NCBI GenBank assembly: GCA_043824255.1
Contig: JBDRTG010000033.1
Span: forward strand, 1-18,002
DNA length: 18,002 nt
Direction of reading: 5' to 3'
DNA from: a bacterium
GTDB lineage: Bacteria > JAHJDO01
Within the stretch, counting starts at the first letter, position 1. Each line of letters begins with the position of its first letter. Below the pieces are notes generated by a model. That model saw nothing but the letters and a program-made list of their open reading frames with translations, ran no database searches and was not told the origin of the DNA. Positions 8,790 through 16,426 of the stretch are shown here, one piece after another. The translations under genes were made by a program, and so were the position numbers.

Positions 8790-8822
8790 TATCACATAAC
8801 ATCAATAATTGAATGTTTTAGT
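8790..8822 (-). mobile_element. attI-like cassette entry site (core GTTATGT)
   Basis: Minus strand ...AAACATTCAATTATTGATG/TTATGTGATA. The core is the exact complement of the attC R'' box and flank. No attC-type hairpin precedes it. Confidence 0.5.
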
Positions 8823-8825
8823 ACT

Positions 8826-8855
8826 ACCATACCTCCAAACTGCTTGAAACGTCAA
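8826..8855 (-). promoter_or_regulatory. Pc-like promoter reading into the cassette
   Basis: Minus strand TTGACG (8855-8850), 18 bp, TATGGT (8831-8826). Direct repeat CCTCCAAAC at 8832-8840 and 8878-8886. Confidence 0.4.
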
Positions 8856-8952
8856 TAAAAACGGTATTTTTAGATATCCTCCAAACCCTAAGAAGGCATG
8901 TTTTTTTGTCCATAATGCTCTAATCTGTAACATGTCAATTAGTTTTATTTTA

Positions 8953-10446
8953 TTAATCCTTTTGTTTTTTGCGAATGTCCATAAAAAAAGCCGCTGGATA
9001 TTTATCAGGAAATCCTTTTCTTGTAAGATATGTACTCATTAAAGTTGTACAACCAGCTGTTGCAAAAGCAGCAGCTAAAAATCCACCATGTCCATTTGCA
9101 ATCAAGGGACCACCAGCTAGCATGCCAGCCGCAGCTTCACCTCCTAACCACTTCATTAAATCCCTATCAATTTGTTTCCACTCGTTTTCTGCTTTATTAA
9201 CATTATCCTCAAGCTCATCAGCGAGAAGCTTAATATTATGTTCACCAAATGGATTACCTGAAGAGGCAGCACTCCATATCCTTCTCAAAAAAGTTCTCAG
9301 TCCTTTTAATCTGTTTTCTTTGCGTAGTGACAAGGCATGAGATAATTCAACATTATTTAAGTATCGTAGATTAAGGTTTTGAAACGCCTTCGCTAGCGGA
9401 GACCACTCACTCTGATCAATGTCGCTGTTCTGCCTGTCTAATTCAATTTCTTTCCATTTGGATGGAATATCAGTAATAAGATATGAATTCGAAAAGTTGG
9501 CCGTAAACCTAGCTATGTCATAACTTGTACCAGTGGAATATATGAGTAATTCAGATCGTTTTCTATTATCACCCCCCAAAGGTTCTAGGTAGTAGGGATC
9601 TTTTTTTCGCATATCATGAACATATGAAATAAAAGCATCCTCATCACTATCTTTTTTACCCAAGTTAAACTTCCTAAAAATTCTACGAAGATAATCATCA
9701 GGAGCTGAAAGAATCCTTATTCTCACTCCTTCTCTTCCTATATATTCTTTAGCTTTTTCTTTGGCAAATTCTTTCGCAAGCATCTTCAATTCTTTATTGT
9801 CTTCAAACTTTTGTTTCTGTCTCATCATAGAGTCCCAATTCAATTTTCTATCAAAGTCCGCAGGCGTGCGAATGAACTCAACCATACCAGCTTCAATCCA
9901 TGGACTCATTCGCATCCACATATCAACGTTCTTTAAGGTTTGAGTACGATACTGTTCTGGTTCTAAAATTGGATTAAATTGGTCTCTTACGCTAAGGGGA
10001 TAAACAAAAGGATCAACCAAGAGAATTTTATCAGCATAAAGTGAATGTCTTGTAACTCCTCGTATAAGACTGTCAACTAAATATTCTCCAACGTATAAAC
10101 CCGATACATCATTCTGAAATGACTGCAAAATAGAAGCAATGTCGCTATCTGGAGGCCATAAATCTATGACAGCTTCATGTATTAACTTAACAGCTTTTGG
10201 TGTAAATGCAGACTTGAAATCTAATAACGATTTAGGGGGCTTATCGTTATCGAATTGTAATGCTTCGAAAATTTTTTGAAGGAATAATTCGTTCTTGCCT
10301 CGGACAGATAAATGCCTTTTCCAGCGGTCAGACTTCTCACGCAACAATTGTGTCCAATCAATTTTGCCCTCACAGCATTGTTTAAATTTTTTAATGCTAC
10401 CACAGGGACATGGATCATTTCTTCCTACCTTAATTTTCTTGTCCAT
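8953..10446 (-). CDS. SEC-C motif-containing hypothetical protein
   Basis: N-terminal GRNDPCPCGSIKKFKQCC. The remaining ~470 aa are unrecognised and end in a Gly/Ala-rich hydrophobic stretch. Confidence 0.85.
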   Translation of the reverse strand: MDKKIKVGRNDPCPCGSIKKFKQCCEGKIDWTQLLREKSDRWKRHLSVRGKNELFLQKIFEALQFDNDKPPKSLLDFKSAFTPKAVKLIHEAVIDLWPPDSDIASILQSFQNDVSGLYVGEYLVDSLIRGVTRHSLYADKILLVDPFVYPLSVRDQFNPILEPEQYRTQTLKNVDMWMRMSPWIEAGMVEFIRTPADFDRKLNWDSMMRQKQKFEDNKELKMLAKEFAKEKAKEYIGREGVRIRILSAPDDYLRRIFRKFNLGKKDSDEDAFISYVHDMRKKDPYYLEPLGGDNRKRSELLIYSTGTSYDIARFTANFSNSYLITDIPSKWKEIELDRQNSDIDQSEWSPLAKAFQNLNLRYLNNVELSHALSLRKENRLKGLRTFLRRIWSAASSGNPFGEHNIKLLADELEDNVNKAENEWKQIDRDLMKWLGGEAAAGMLAGGPLIANGHGGFLAAAFATAGCTTLMSTYLTRKGFPDKYPAAFFMDIRKKQKD

Positions 10447-10460
10447 AAATAATATAGCTA

Positions 10461-10488
10461 ATGAGCCCTAACAATTGTTATAAGACGC
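10461..10488. other. Candidate tyrosine-recombinase core site upstream of the SEC-C gene
   Basis: ATGAGCCCTAA-CAATTG-TTATAAGACGC; perfect 12-bp palindrome TAACAATTGTTA (10469-10480); minus-strand core GTTAGGGC ending about 18 bp before the ATG. Confidence 0.4.
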
Positions 10489-10505
10489 TCTTTGTTTTGA
10501 ATATT

Positions 10506-10534
10506 ATTGTACACAAGTGTTGGCTTAGCTACAA
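10506..10534 (-). promoter_or_regulatory. Putative promoter for the SEC-C gene
   Basis: Minus strand TTGTAG (10534-10529), 17 bp ending in TGTG, TACAAT (10511-10506). Confidence 0.5.
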
Positions 10535-10545
10535 GTAAAGACCAA

Positions 10546-11316
10546 TTATTTCCCCATATCAAAAATCAGCCTGAGACCTTGTAAAGTAAGGTCCGGGTCT
10601 GTTTTTTGTATGCTTTTTGAATATTGACTTATCAACGATGACCAGCCGCCTGTACCAATAACCTTTGGTGGTGTGAGAAATTCTTTCTTTAATCTTTCTA
10701 CTATGCCGTCTATCATTGAACTAAATCCGTACACAATCCCTATTTGTATGCTCTGAGTAGTGTTCTTTCCAATAATTGATTTAGGTTTCTCAAGCTTTAC
10801 CTTTGGCAGCAAGGCAGTATCTCTGTAAAGCGCATTTATAGACATTCCTATGCCAGGGCATATTACCCCTCCCAGGTATTCACGTTCTTTAGATACCAGA
10901 TCAAATGTAGTGGCTGTCCCGCAATCAACAACTATTGCAGGCGCTCCATACAGATTATATGCAGCTACAGCATTGACTATTCTATCACTCCCAACCTGAG
11001 AAGGTGCGGCATATGTTATCTTTAATCCGGTTTTTGTCTTATAGTCAACTACCAGCGGAATAATGTTAAAGCGTTCTTTAGACAGCATTGCGAATAATTT
11101 TGTTATATCCGGCACAACAGAAGATATTACAAAACCTGTTATTTCATCTTTCTTAAGATTTGATTCAGTTAGAAAATTATTCAGCTTCTTGAAATAATAT
11201 TCAGCATCTTGCTTTATCTTTGTTTTTATGCTGATTTTAGATATCAACAGGTCATTGGCAAATATACCTGCACTAATACTTGTGTTTCCTACATCAACGG
11301 CAAACAACATACTCAA
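10546..11316 (-). CDS. coaX: Type III pantothenate kinase
   Basis: DVGNT, SSVVP, GSDR, VDCGTATT, YLGGVICPG, TGG, LTLQGL motifs; follows birA. Alternative ATG at 11310. Confidence 0.96.
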   Translation of the reverse strand: MSMLFAVDVGNTSISAGIFANDLLISKISIKTKIKQDAEYYFKKLNNFLTESNLKKDEITGFVISSVVPDITKLFAMLSKERFNIIPLVVDYKTKTGLKITYAAPSQVGSDRIVNAVAAYNLYGAPAIVVDCGTATTFDLVSKEREYLGGVICPGIGMSINALYRDTALLPKVKLEKPKSIIGKNTTQSIQIGIVYGFSSMIDGIVERLKKEFLTPPKVIGTGGWSSLISQYSKSIQKTDPDLTLQGLRLIFDMGK

Positions 11317-12085
11317 TTGTTCCCTCTGTAATGCGTCTGGATATACCGGAATCTAATCTAAGAATCAGCGCGCCGTCAGGATCAATTCCAAGCGCTTGAC
11401 CTTCTGCAACCTCATTCGGCAAAATCACTCTAACTTGTTCTCCCATAATAGAAGACATTTCTTTCCATTCATCAAACAGCAGACTCCCCTCCCCTTTTTT
11501 TAGATATAAGTACATCTTCTCTATTTCAAATAACACTTTCTGTACAAGCTCTACTCGTGATATTTCCTTAGCGCGTTCCATTTTTAACGAGGTAGCTTTA
11601 CCATATAAATCACGTGGAAAATCCTGTTTATCTAAATTCGCATTTATTCCAAAACCTATTACTATAAAACCAGTTTTCATTCTTCTTTTTTCTGTAAGAA
11701 TCCCACAAACTTTTTTCCCTCTTATTACCACATCATTTGGCCACTTAATATAAGCAGGTAGAAATGTTACATCCCTTATTGCCTTAGAAATAGCAACAGA
11801 TGCTCCAATAGTGAGCAGATTTAGTCTTTCTGAAAGCATATTTGATTTCAATATAATTGAGCACAGAATGCACTTTTGTGGCAGAGAAAACCACACTCGA
11901 CCTAATCTCCCTCTTCCCTTTGTTTGTCCTTCTGCTAGAATGACAGCACCTTCTGCATTGTGCTTTTCAGCCAATGACCAAGCTATATCATTCGTGGAAG
12001 ATGTTTTATTATAAACATATATTTTTTGCCCTATTATTTGAGTCTCTAGACCAGCTTTGATTGTATCTTTAGAAAACTCTTTCAT
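11294..12085 (-). CDS. birA: Biotin-[acetyl-CoA carboxylase] ligase without N-terminal HTH (class I)
   Basis: SSTND, QTKGRGRLGR.W, KWPND, KKVCGILTE, GFGIN, and a C-terminal GIDPDGAL domain. Confidence 0.95.
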   Translation of the reverse strand: MKEFSKDTIKAGLETQIIGQKIYVYNKTSSTNDIAWSLAEKHNAEGAVILAEGQTKGRGRLGRVWFSLPQKCILCSIILKSNMLSERLNLLTIGASVAISKAIRDVTFLPAYIKWPNDVVIRGKKVCGILTEKRRMKTGFIVIGFGINANLDKQDFPRDLYGKATSLKMERAKEISRVELVQKVLFEIEKMYLYLKKGEGSLLFDEWKEMSSIMGEQVRVILPNEVAEGQALGIDPDGALILRLDSGISRRITEGTIEYVVCR

Positions 12086-12096
12086 ATTCCATATCC

Positions 12097-12128
12097 AATT
12101 AAAAATTTAAAATTAAGAATTAAAAATT
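12097..12128. repeat. Tandem 7-bp AT-rich array spanning the nadC stop
   Basis: AATTAAA AATTTAA AATTAAG AATTAAA AATT. Confidence 0.65.
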
Positions 12129-13006
12129 CTTAATGATATATCCATTGCTTTTGCAGAATGAGTTAGATTGCCAACAGAAATTCTCCCAACTCCGCATTTT
12201 GCTATTTCCCCAACACTATTAAGGCTTACCTCTCCTGAAACCTCTATCTCTGGCAAGTTTTTAATTTTTAATTTTGCCTGCCCCGTAGGCTTGTCCTTCG
12301 GGGAATTTTGAATTAAGGAAACCGCCTTTTTAATAGTCTGTATATCCATATTGTCCAGCATGATTATATCCACTTGAGATTGAAGAGCTTCCCTAACCTG
12401 CGATAAATTCTCTACTTCTATCTCAATCCTTACGTTTTTAGAAACTTTCCTTCTAACGGCTTGTACAAGTTCCCCTATATTTCTACTCCCTATCATTAAA
12501 TGATTATCTTTTATCAATACCATATCATAAAGCCCCATTCTGTGATTCTGCCCACCACCAACGCTTACTGCATATTTTTCTATATCACGCAGTCCGGGAG
12601 TGGTTTTTCTTGTATCAAATATTTTTGCTTTATAGGACTTGACTTTTTCTACATACTTTCTTGTTAATGTTGCAATTCCCGAAAGCCTCCCTAAAAAGTT
12701 GAGGGCTGTTCTTTCTCCAGCCAAAATGGGTACTACATGTCCTGATAATTCAGCTATTACATCCCCTTTCTTAACCTCTGTTCCATCTTTAACTAGGAAT
12801 TGGAAGTTAATCTTACTATCAAGTGTTTCAAATACAGCCTTTGCTATTTCCAGTCCGGCAATTACTCCCCACTGCTTTACTATAATTTTAGCTTTAGCAT
12901 TCCTCTTTTGAAAAGCACAAGCTTCTGTAGTAACATCCCCTTCTCCAATATCTTCTTTTAAGGCTGCAGTAACAAGTTCCTTAACTCTATTTCGTGATAT
13001 GTTCAT
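12113..13006 (-). CDS. nadC: Nicotinate-nucleotide diphosphorylase (quinolinate phosphoribosyltransferase)
   Basis: EDIGEGDVTT, ERTALN, SGIAT, DTRKTTPG, NHRMGL, LIKDNH, EIEV, MLDN, LTHS. Carries a repeat-derived insertion near the C-terminus. Confidence 0.97.
   Translation of the reverse strand: MNISRNRVKELVTAALKEDIGEGDVTTEACAFQKRNAKAKIIVKQWGVIAGLEIAKAVFETLDSKINFQFLVKDGTEVKKGDVIAELSGHVVPILAGERTALNFLGRLSGIATLTRKYVEKVKSYKAKIFDTRKTTPGLRDIEKYAVSVGGGQNHRMGLYDMVLIKDNHLMIGSRNIGELVQAVRRKVSKNVRIEIEVENLSQVREALQSQVDIIMLDNMDIQTIKKAVSLIQNSPKDKPTGQAKLKIKNLPEIEVSGEVSLNSVGEIAKCGVGRISVGNLTHSAKAMDISLRIFNS
12256..12314. repeat. In-frame nested repeat in nadC: 7-bp tandem array interrupted by a GC-rich palindromic element
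   Basis: TTTTAAT TTTTAAT TTT[GCCTGCCCCGTAGGCTTGTCCTTCGGG]GAAT TTTGAAT. Hairpin CCCCG-T-AGG/CTTGT/CCT-T-CGGGG at 12281-12303. Confidence 0.75.
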
Positions 13007-14084
13007 ATAACCTCATATATACCTTCTCTGTTCCCTCAACCATTCTGGACACGTTAAACATTGTTTTTACTCGCTCCAGTCCACTCTCCCCCATTTCCTT
13101 TGCCTTCTCTTTATTGCGTAACAACTGTATAATAGCATCTGCCAGTGCTTTTGGATTCTTAGGTGGGGCAAGAATACCTGTTTCTTTGTCTACAACAACT
13201 TCTGGTATTCCGCCGGCAGTTGTTGCAACAACCGGTAGCTTCATTAGCATCGCATCCATAAGAGAAGTGCATAATCCTTCAAGATGGGAAGGGAGAACAA
13301 AAAGGTCCATTATTGATAATAATTCACCAATATCTTTCCGAAACCCAGTAAAGATTACATTTCCTGTAATATCTAACTCCTTAACCTGTTTTTTCAAGGA
13401 TTCTTCCAATTCCCCTTTGCCAATAATGAGAAAAACCGCATTTGGAAATATTTTTAGTACCGCAGGAACAGCATTAAGTAGATATTTATGCCCCTTGTGA
13501 TCCGTCAGATGTGCGATTGTACCAATAATCGGTGAATCTTCTGATAAATTAAACTCTTCGCATAAATACCGAGTATCACTTATACTGTCGAATTTTCCTA
13601 TATCTATTCCACTGTAAACAACATTTATTTTGGTCTGAGAAACACCTGCATTTATCAGTATATTTTTAATAGCATTGGATATTGCAATTATCTTATTCAC
13701 GAGATAATTATACTTTATGTTTGAAAAAACATTACGTGCAACCCCAAAATCAACCCTGCGCGTGACAACAAAAGGAATCTTCTTTATCTTTGCAGCAACT
13801 GCTCCAATTGTGTGTGCATGAGATGTATGCGCATGAACAATATCTATTCGTTCATCGGTTATTACTCTGCAGATACTTCTAATAGCCTTAAAATCCAATT
13901 CTCCCCGCATTACTACAGGACACACTCTGAAATTATTGTTAATAACCTTTCTTACCAGCACACCATTTGGCTGAACGGATACAATATTTTCGTGATTCCT
14001 GTCTCTTAAGCCATTCATAAGATACATCATCTGGACTTCCCCACCTCTCCAGCCACATTCTGTATTTATATGAAGAATATTCAT
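12987..14084 (-). CDS. Glycosyltransferase family 4 (GT-B)
   Basis: WRGGEVQ, DIVHAH, KGHKYL, FTGFRKD, LPSHLEGLCTSLMDAM, GGIPEVV. Confidence 0.93.
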   Translation of the reverse strand: MNILHINTECGWRGGEVQMMYLMNGLRDRNHENIVSVQPNGVLVRKVINNNFRVCPVVMRGELDFKAIRSICRVITDERIDIVHAHTSHAHTIGAVAAKIKKIPFVVTRRVDFGVARNVFSNIKYNYLVNKIIAISNAIKNILINAGVSQTKINVVYSGIDIGKFDSISDTRYLCEEFNLSEDSPIIGTIAHLTDHKGHKYLLNAVPAVLKIFPNAVFLIIGKGELEESLKKQVKELDITGNVIFTGFRKDIGELLSIMDLFVLPSHLEGLCTSLMDAMLMKLPVVATTAGGIPEVVVDKETGILAPPKNPKALADAIIQLLRNKEKAKEMGESGLERVKTMFNVSRMVEGTEKVYMRLYEHITK

Positions 14085-14605
14085 TTAATCTTAAGTTCTA
14101 TGCCTGAAGTCATAAAATAAACTTCATCTGCTATGCGTGCAATGAGTTGATTGCATTTCCCTGCTATATCTCTAAACTCACGTGCCAATCTATTTTCAGG
14201 AACTATGCCCATTCCCAGCTCATTACTCACCACAATAAGTGTAAATTTGGAAGTTTTTACTGTTTTTAATAATGTCCGAACATCCCCAAGAATACGGCCT
14301 TCTGCCCCTTCAATACCGAATTTATGTATCATATTAGACAGCCACAATGTGATGCAATCCAGAATAACAGCACCTTCAAAGTTTTTAAATTTGGTTAAAA
14401 TGTTAATATTTATCGGCTCTTCAACTGTCTTCCATGTGCTGCTTCTCTTTGATTTATGTTTCTTGATTCTGTCCGCCATTTCTTTATCCATGGCTTCTGC
14501 AGTAGCCAGAAAAAGAACATCCTTTCCAAGTGTTGATGCTAATTTCTCTGCAAAACTGCTCTTCCCACTCCTTGCCCCGCCTGTAATGAGAACTATTTTG
14601 CCCAT
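14081..14605 (-). CDS. cobU: Bifunctional adenosylcobinamide kinase / cobinamide-phosphate guanylyltransferase
   Basis: TGGARSGKS, EM..RI..H...R...W.T.EEP, LDCITLWLSN, VSNELGMGIVP, FRDIAG..NQ. Confidence 0.96.
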   Translation of the reverse strand: MGKIVLITGGARSGKSSFAEKLASTLGKDVLFLATAEAMDKEMADRIKKHKSKRSSTWKTVEEPININILTKFKNFEGAVILDCITLWLSNMIHKFGIEGAEGRILGDVRTLLKTVKTSKFTLIVVSNELGMGIVPENRLAREFRDIAGKCNQLIARIADEVYFMTSGIELKIK

Positions 14606-14635
14606 ATCTACCTTAAATTCTAAACTTCTACTCTC

Positions 14636-15127
14636 TTAGTGGATTGACCTGGATACCCATTTCATTAATCCACCTGCAGATATCAGATCCTGAATAAATT
14701 TTGGAAACGGTCTGGATTTATATGACTTGTTCTTTGTAAGATTTAATATAGTGCCTGCTGATAAGTCAACTTCCAAGATATCTCCTTTATCTGCATCCTT
14801 GACTGCTTCCTTACATTCAAGAATTGGCAGGCCAATATTTATTGCATTACGGTAGAATATCCTTGCGAACGTATTTGCTATAATACATGAAACTCCTGAA
14901 GTCTTTATTGATATCGGGGCATGCTCCCTTGATGAACCGCAGCCAAAATTCTCCTGAGCAACAATAATATCGCCTTTCTTAACACACTTAGCAAAAGAAG
15001 CGTCTATATCCTCCATGCAGTGTTCTGCCAGTTCCTTTGGGTCAGAAGTATTAAGGTATCTTGCAGGAATGATCTCATCTGTATTTACATTGTCTCCGTA
15101 TTTCCAGGTCTTTCCTTTAAAGTTCAT
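14636..15127 (-). CDS. leuD: 3-isopropylmalate dehydratase small subunit (type 2)
   Basis: [46 protein letters not shown] overlap with leuC. Confidence 0.94.
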   Translation of the reverse strand: MNFKGKTWKYGDNVNTDEIIPARYLNTSDPKELAEHCMEDIDASFAKCVKKGDIIVAQENFGCGSSREHAPISIKTSGVSCIIANTFARIFYRNAINIGLPILECKEAVKDADKGDILEVDLSAGTILNLTKNKSYKSRPFPKFIQDLISAGGLMKWVSRSIH

Positions 15128-16407
15128 TTTATCTTTATCTCCTCCGGATCTGTTATTCTTCCCTTAATTGCTGATGCGGCTGCAACAGCAGGGCTTGCAA
15201 GATATACTTCACTCTTAACGTGCCCCATTCTTCCCACAAAATTACGGTTCGTTGTGCTTACACATCTTTCTCCTTCTGCAAGCACACCCATATGCCCGCC
15301 AAGACACGGTCCGCAGGTAGGAGTGCTTATAACTCCTCCGCTCTCCAGAAATATATCAAACAACCCTTTTTTCATAGCATCCGCGTATATCTTTTGAGTT
15401 GCAGGAAGAATTATAAGCCTTACATACGGATGTATCTTATGCCCTTTCAGTATCCCTGCTGCAATTTCTAAGTCCTGTAGCCTTCCATTTGTACACGAAC
15501 CTATAACCACCTGATCTATCTGTATATTATCAGCCTCGCTTGCAGGTTTTGTGTTTGACGGTAGATGAGGGAACGATACCTGAGGTTTAATTTTCGACAC
15601 ATCATATTCCCTGATATCAGCATATTTGGCATCTGAATCGCTTTTATATACTTTATAATCTCTTTTTGCAGTATTCTTAATATAATTTAATGTCTTCTCA
15701 TCAGGTTCGATAATGCCATTCTTTCCTCCAGCCTCTATCGCCATATTACACATTGTAAATCTATCAGGCATAGTTAACCCTGATATAACATCTCCGCAGA
15801 ACTCCATTGATTTATAAAGCGCTCCGTCTACCCCTATATCTCCTATCGTATATAGAATAAGATCCTTACCGCAAACCCACGTATTAAGCATTCCTTTGTA
15901 AACAAACTTTATGGTTTCAGGAACTTTAAACCATGCTTTGCCTCTTATCATTGCTGCTGCAAGATCAGTGCTTCCGACTCCTGTTGAAAATGCGCCCAAA
16001 GCTCCGTAAGTACATGTATGTGAATCTGCCCCAATTATACAATCCCCTGGAAGAACAAGTCCCCGCTCAGGAAGCAGTGCATGCTCTACACCCATTTCCC
16101 CTATCTCAAAGTAATATTTAATTGTCTTTTTCTTTGAAAAATCCCTGAGTATTTTACACTGCTCTGCTGATTTCACATCCTTGTTTGGGGTAAAATGGTC
16201 AGGCACAAGAGCAACTCTTTCTTTATCGAAAACTTGTAATTCCCTGTCTTTTTCTTTTTCTACAGCTTCAAATTCGGAGATTGCAATCGGAGCGGTAATA
16301 TCATTGCCCAGAATAAAATCAAGGTCTGCCTCAATAAGTTCCCCGGGTGAAACCTGTTTCTTTTCTGCATGCGCAGCTAATATCTTCTCTGTTATAGTCA
16401 TTCCCAT
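15124..16407 (-). CDS. leuC: 3-isopropylmalate dehydratase large subunit (type 2, homoaconitase-like clade)
   Basis: [60 protein letters not shown]. Confidence 0.94.
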   Translation of the reverse strand: MGMTITEKILAAHAEKKQVSPGELIEADLDFILGNDITAPIAISEFEAVEKEKDRELQVFDKERVALVPDHFTPNKDVKSAEQCKILRDFSKKKTIKYYFEIGEMGVEHALLPERGLVLPGDCIIGADSHTCTYGALGAFSTGVGSTDLAAAMIRGKAWFKVPETIKFVYKGMLNTWVCGKDLILYTIGDIGVDGALYKSMEFCGDVISGLTMPDRFTMCNMAIEAGGKNGIIEPDEKTLNYIKNTAKRDYKVYKSDSDAKYADIREYDVSKIKPQVSFPHLPSNTKPASEADNIQIDQVVIGSCTNGRLQDLEIAAGILKGHKIHPYVRLIILPATQKIYADAMKKGLFDIFLESGGVISTPTCGPCLGGHMGVLAEGERCVSTTNRNFVGRMGHVKSEVYLASPAVAAASAIKGRITDPEEIKIK

Positions 16408-16426
16408 TTTAAATTCTCCCCTTAAA

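Noticed and set aside
8790..8817. Chromosomal dif site (TTATGTGATAT resembles the XerD arm TTATGTTAAAT)
   Set aside because: No XerC arm ending in ATAA at 6-bp spacing. The sequence is better explained as the cassette R box.
8824..8913. 29-aa minus-strand ORF MDKKTCLLRVW..., starting MDKK like the SEC-C gene
   Set aside because: No RBS, it overlaps the Pc-like promoter, and the similarity covers only four codons.
12097..12314. CRISPR array interpretation of the repeats
   Set aside because: These are 7-bp tandem units with no repeat-spacer structure and no cas genes.
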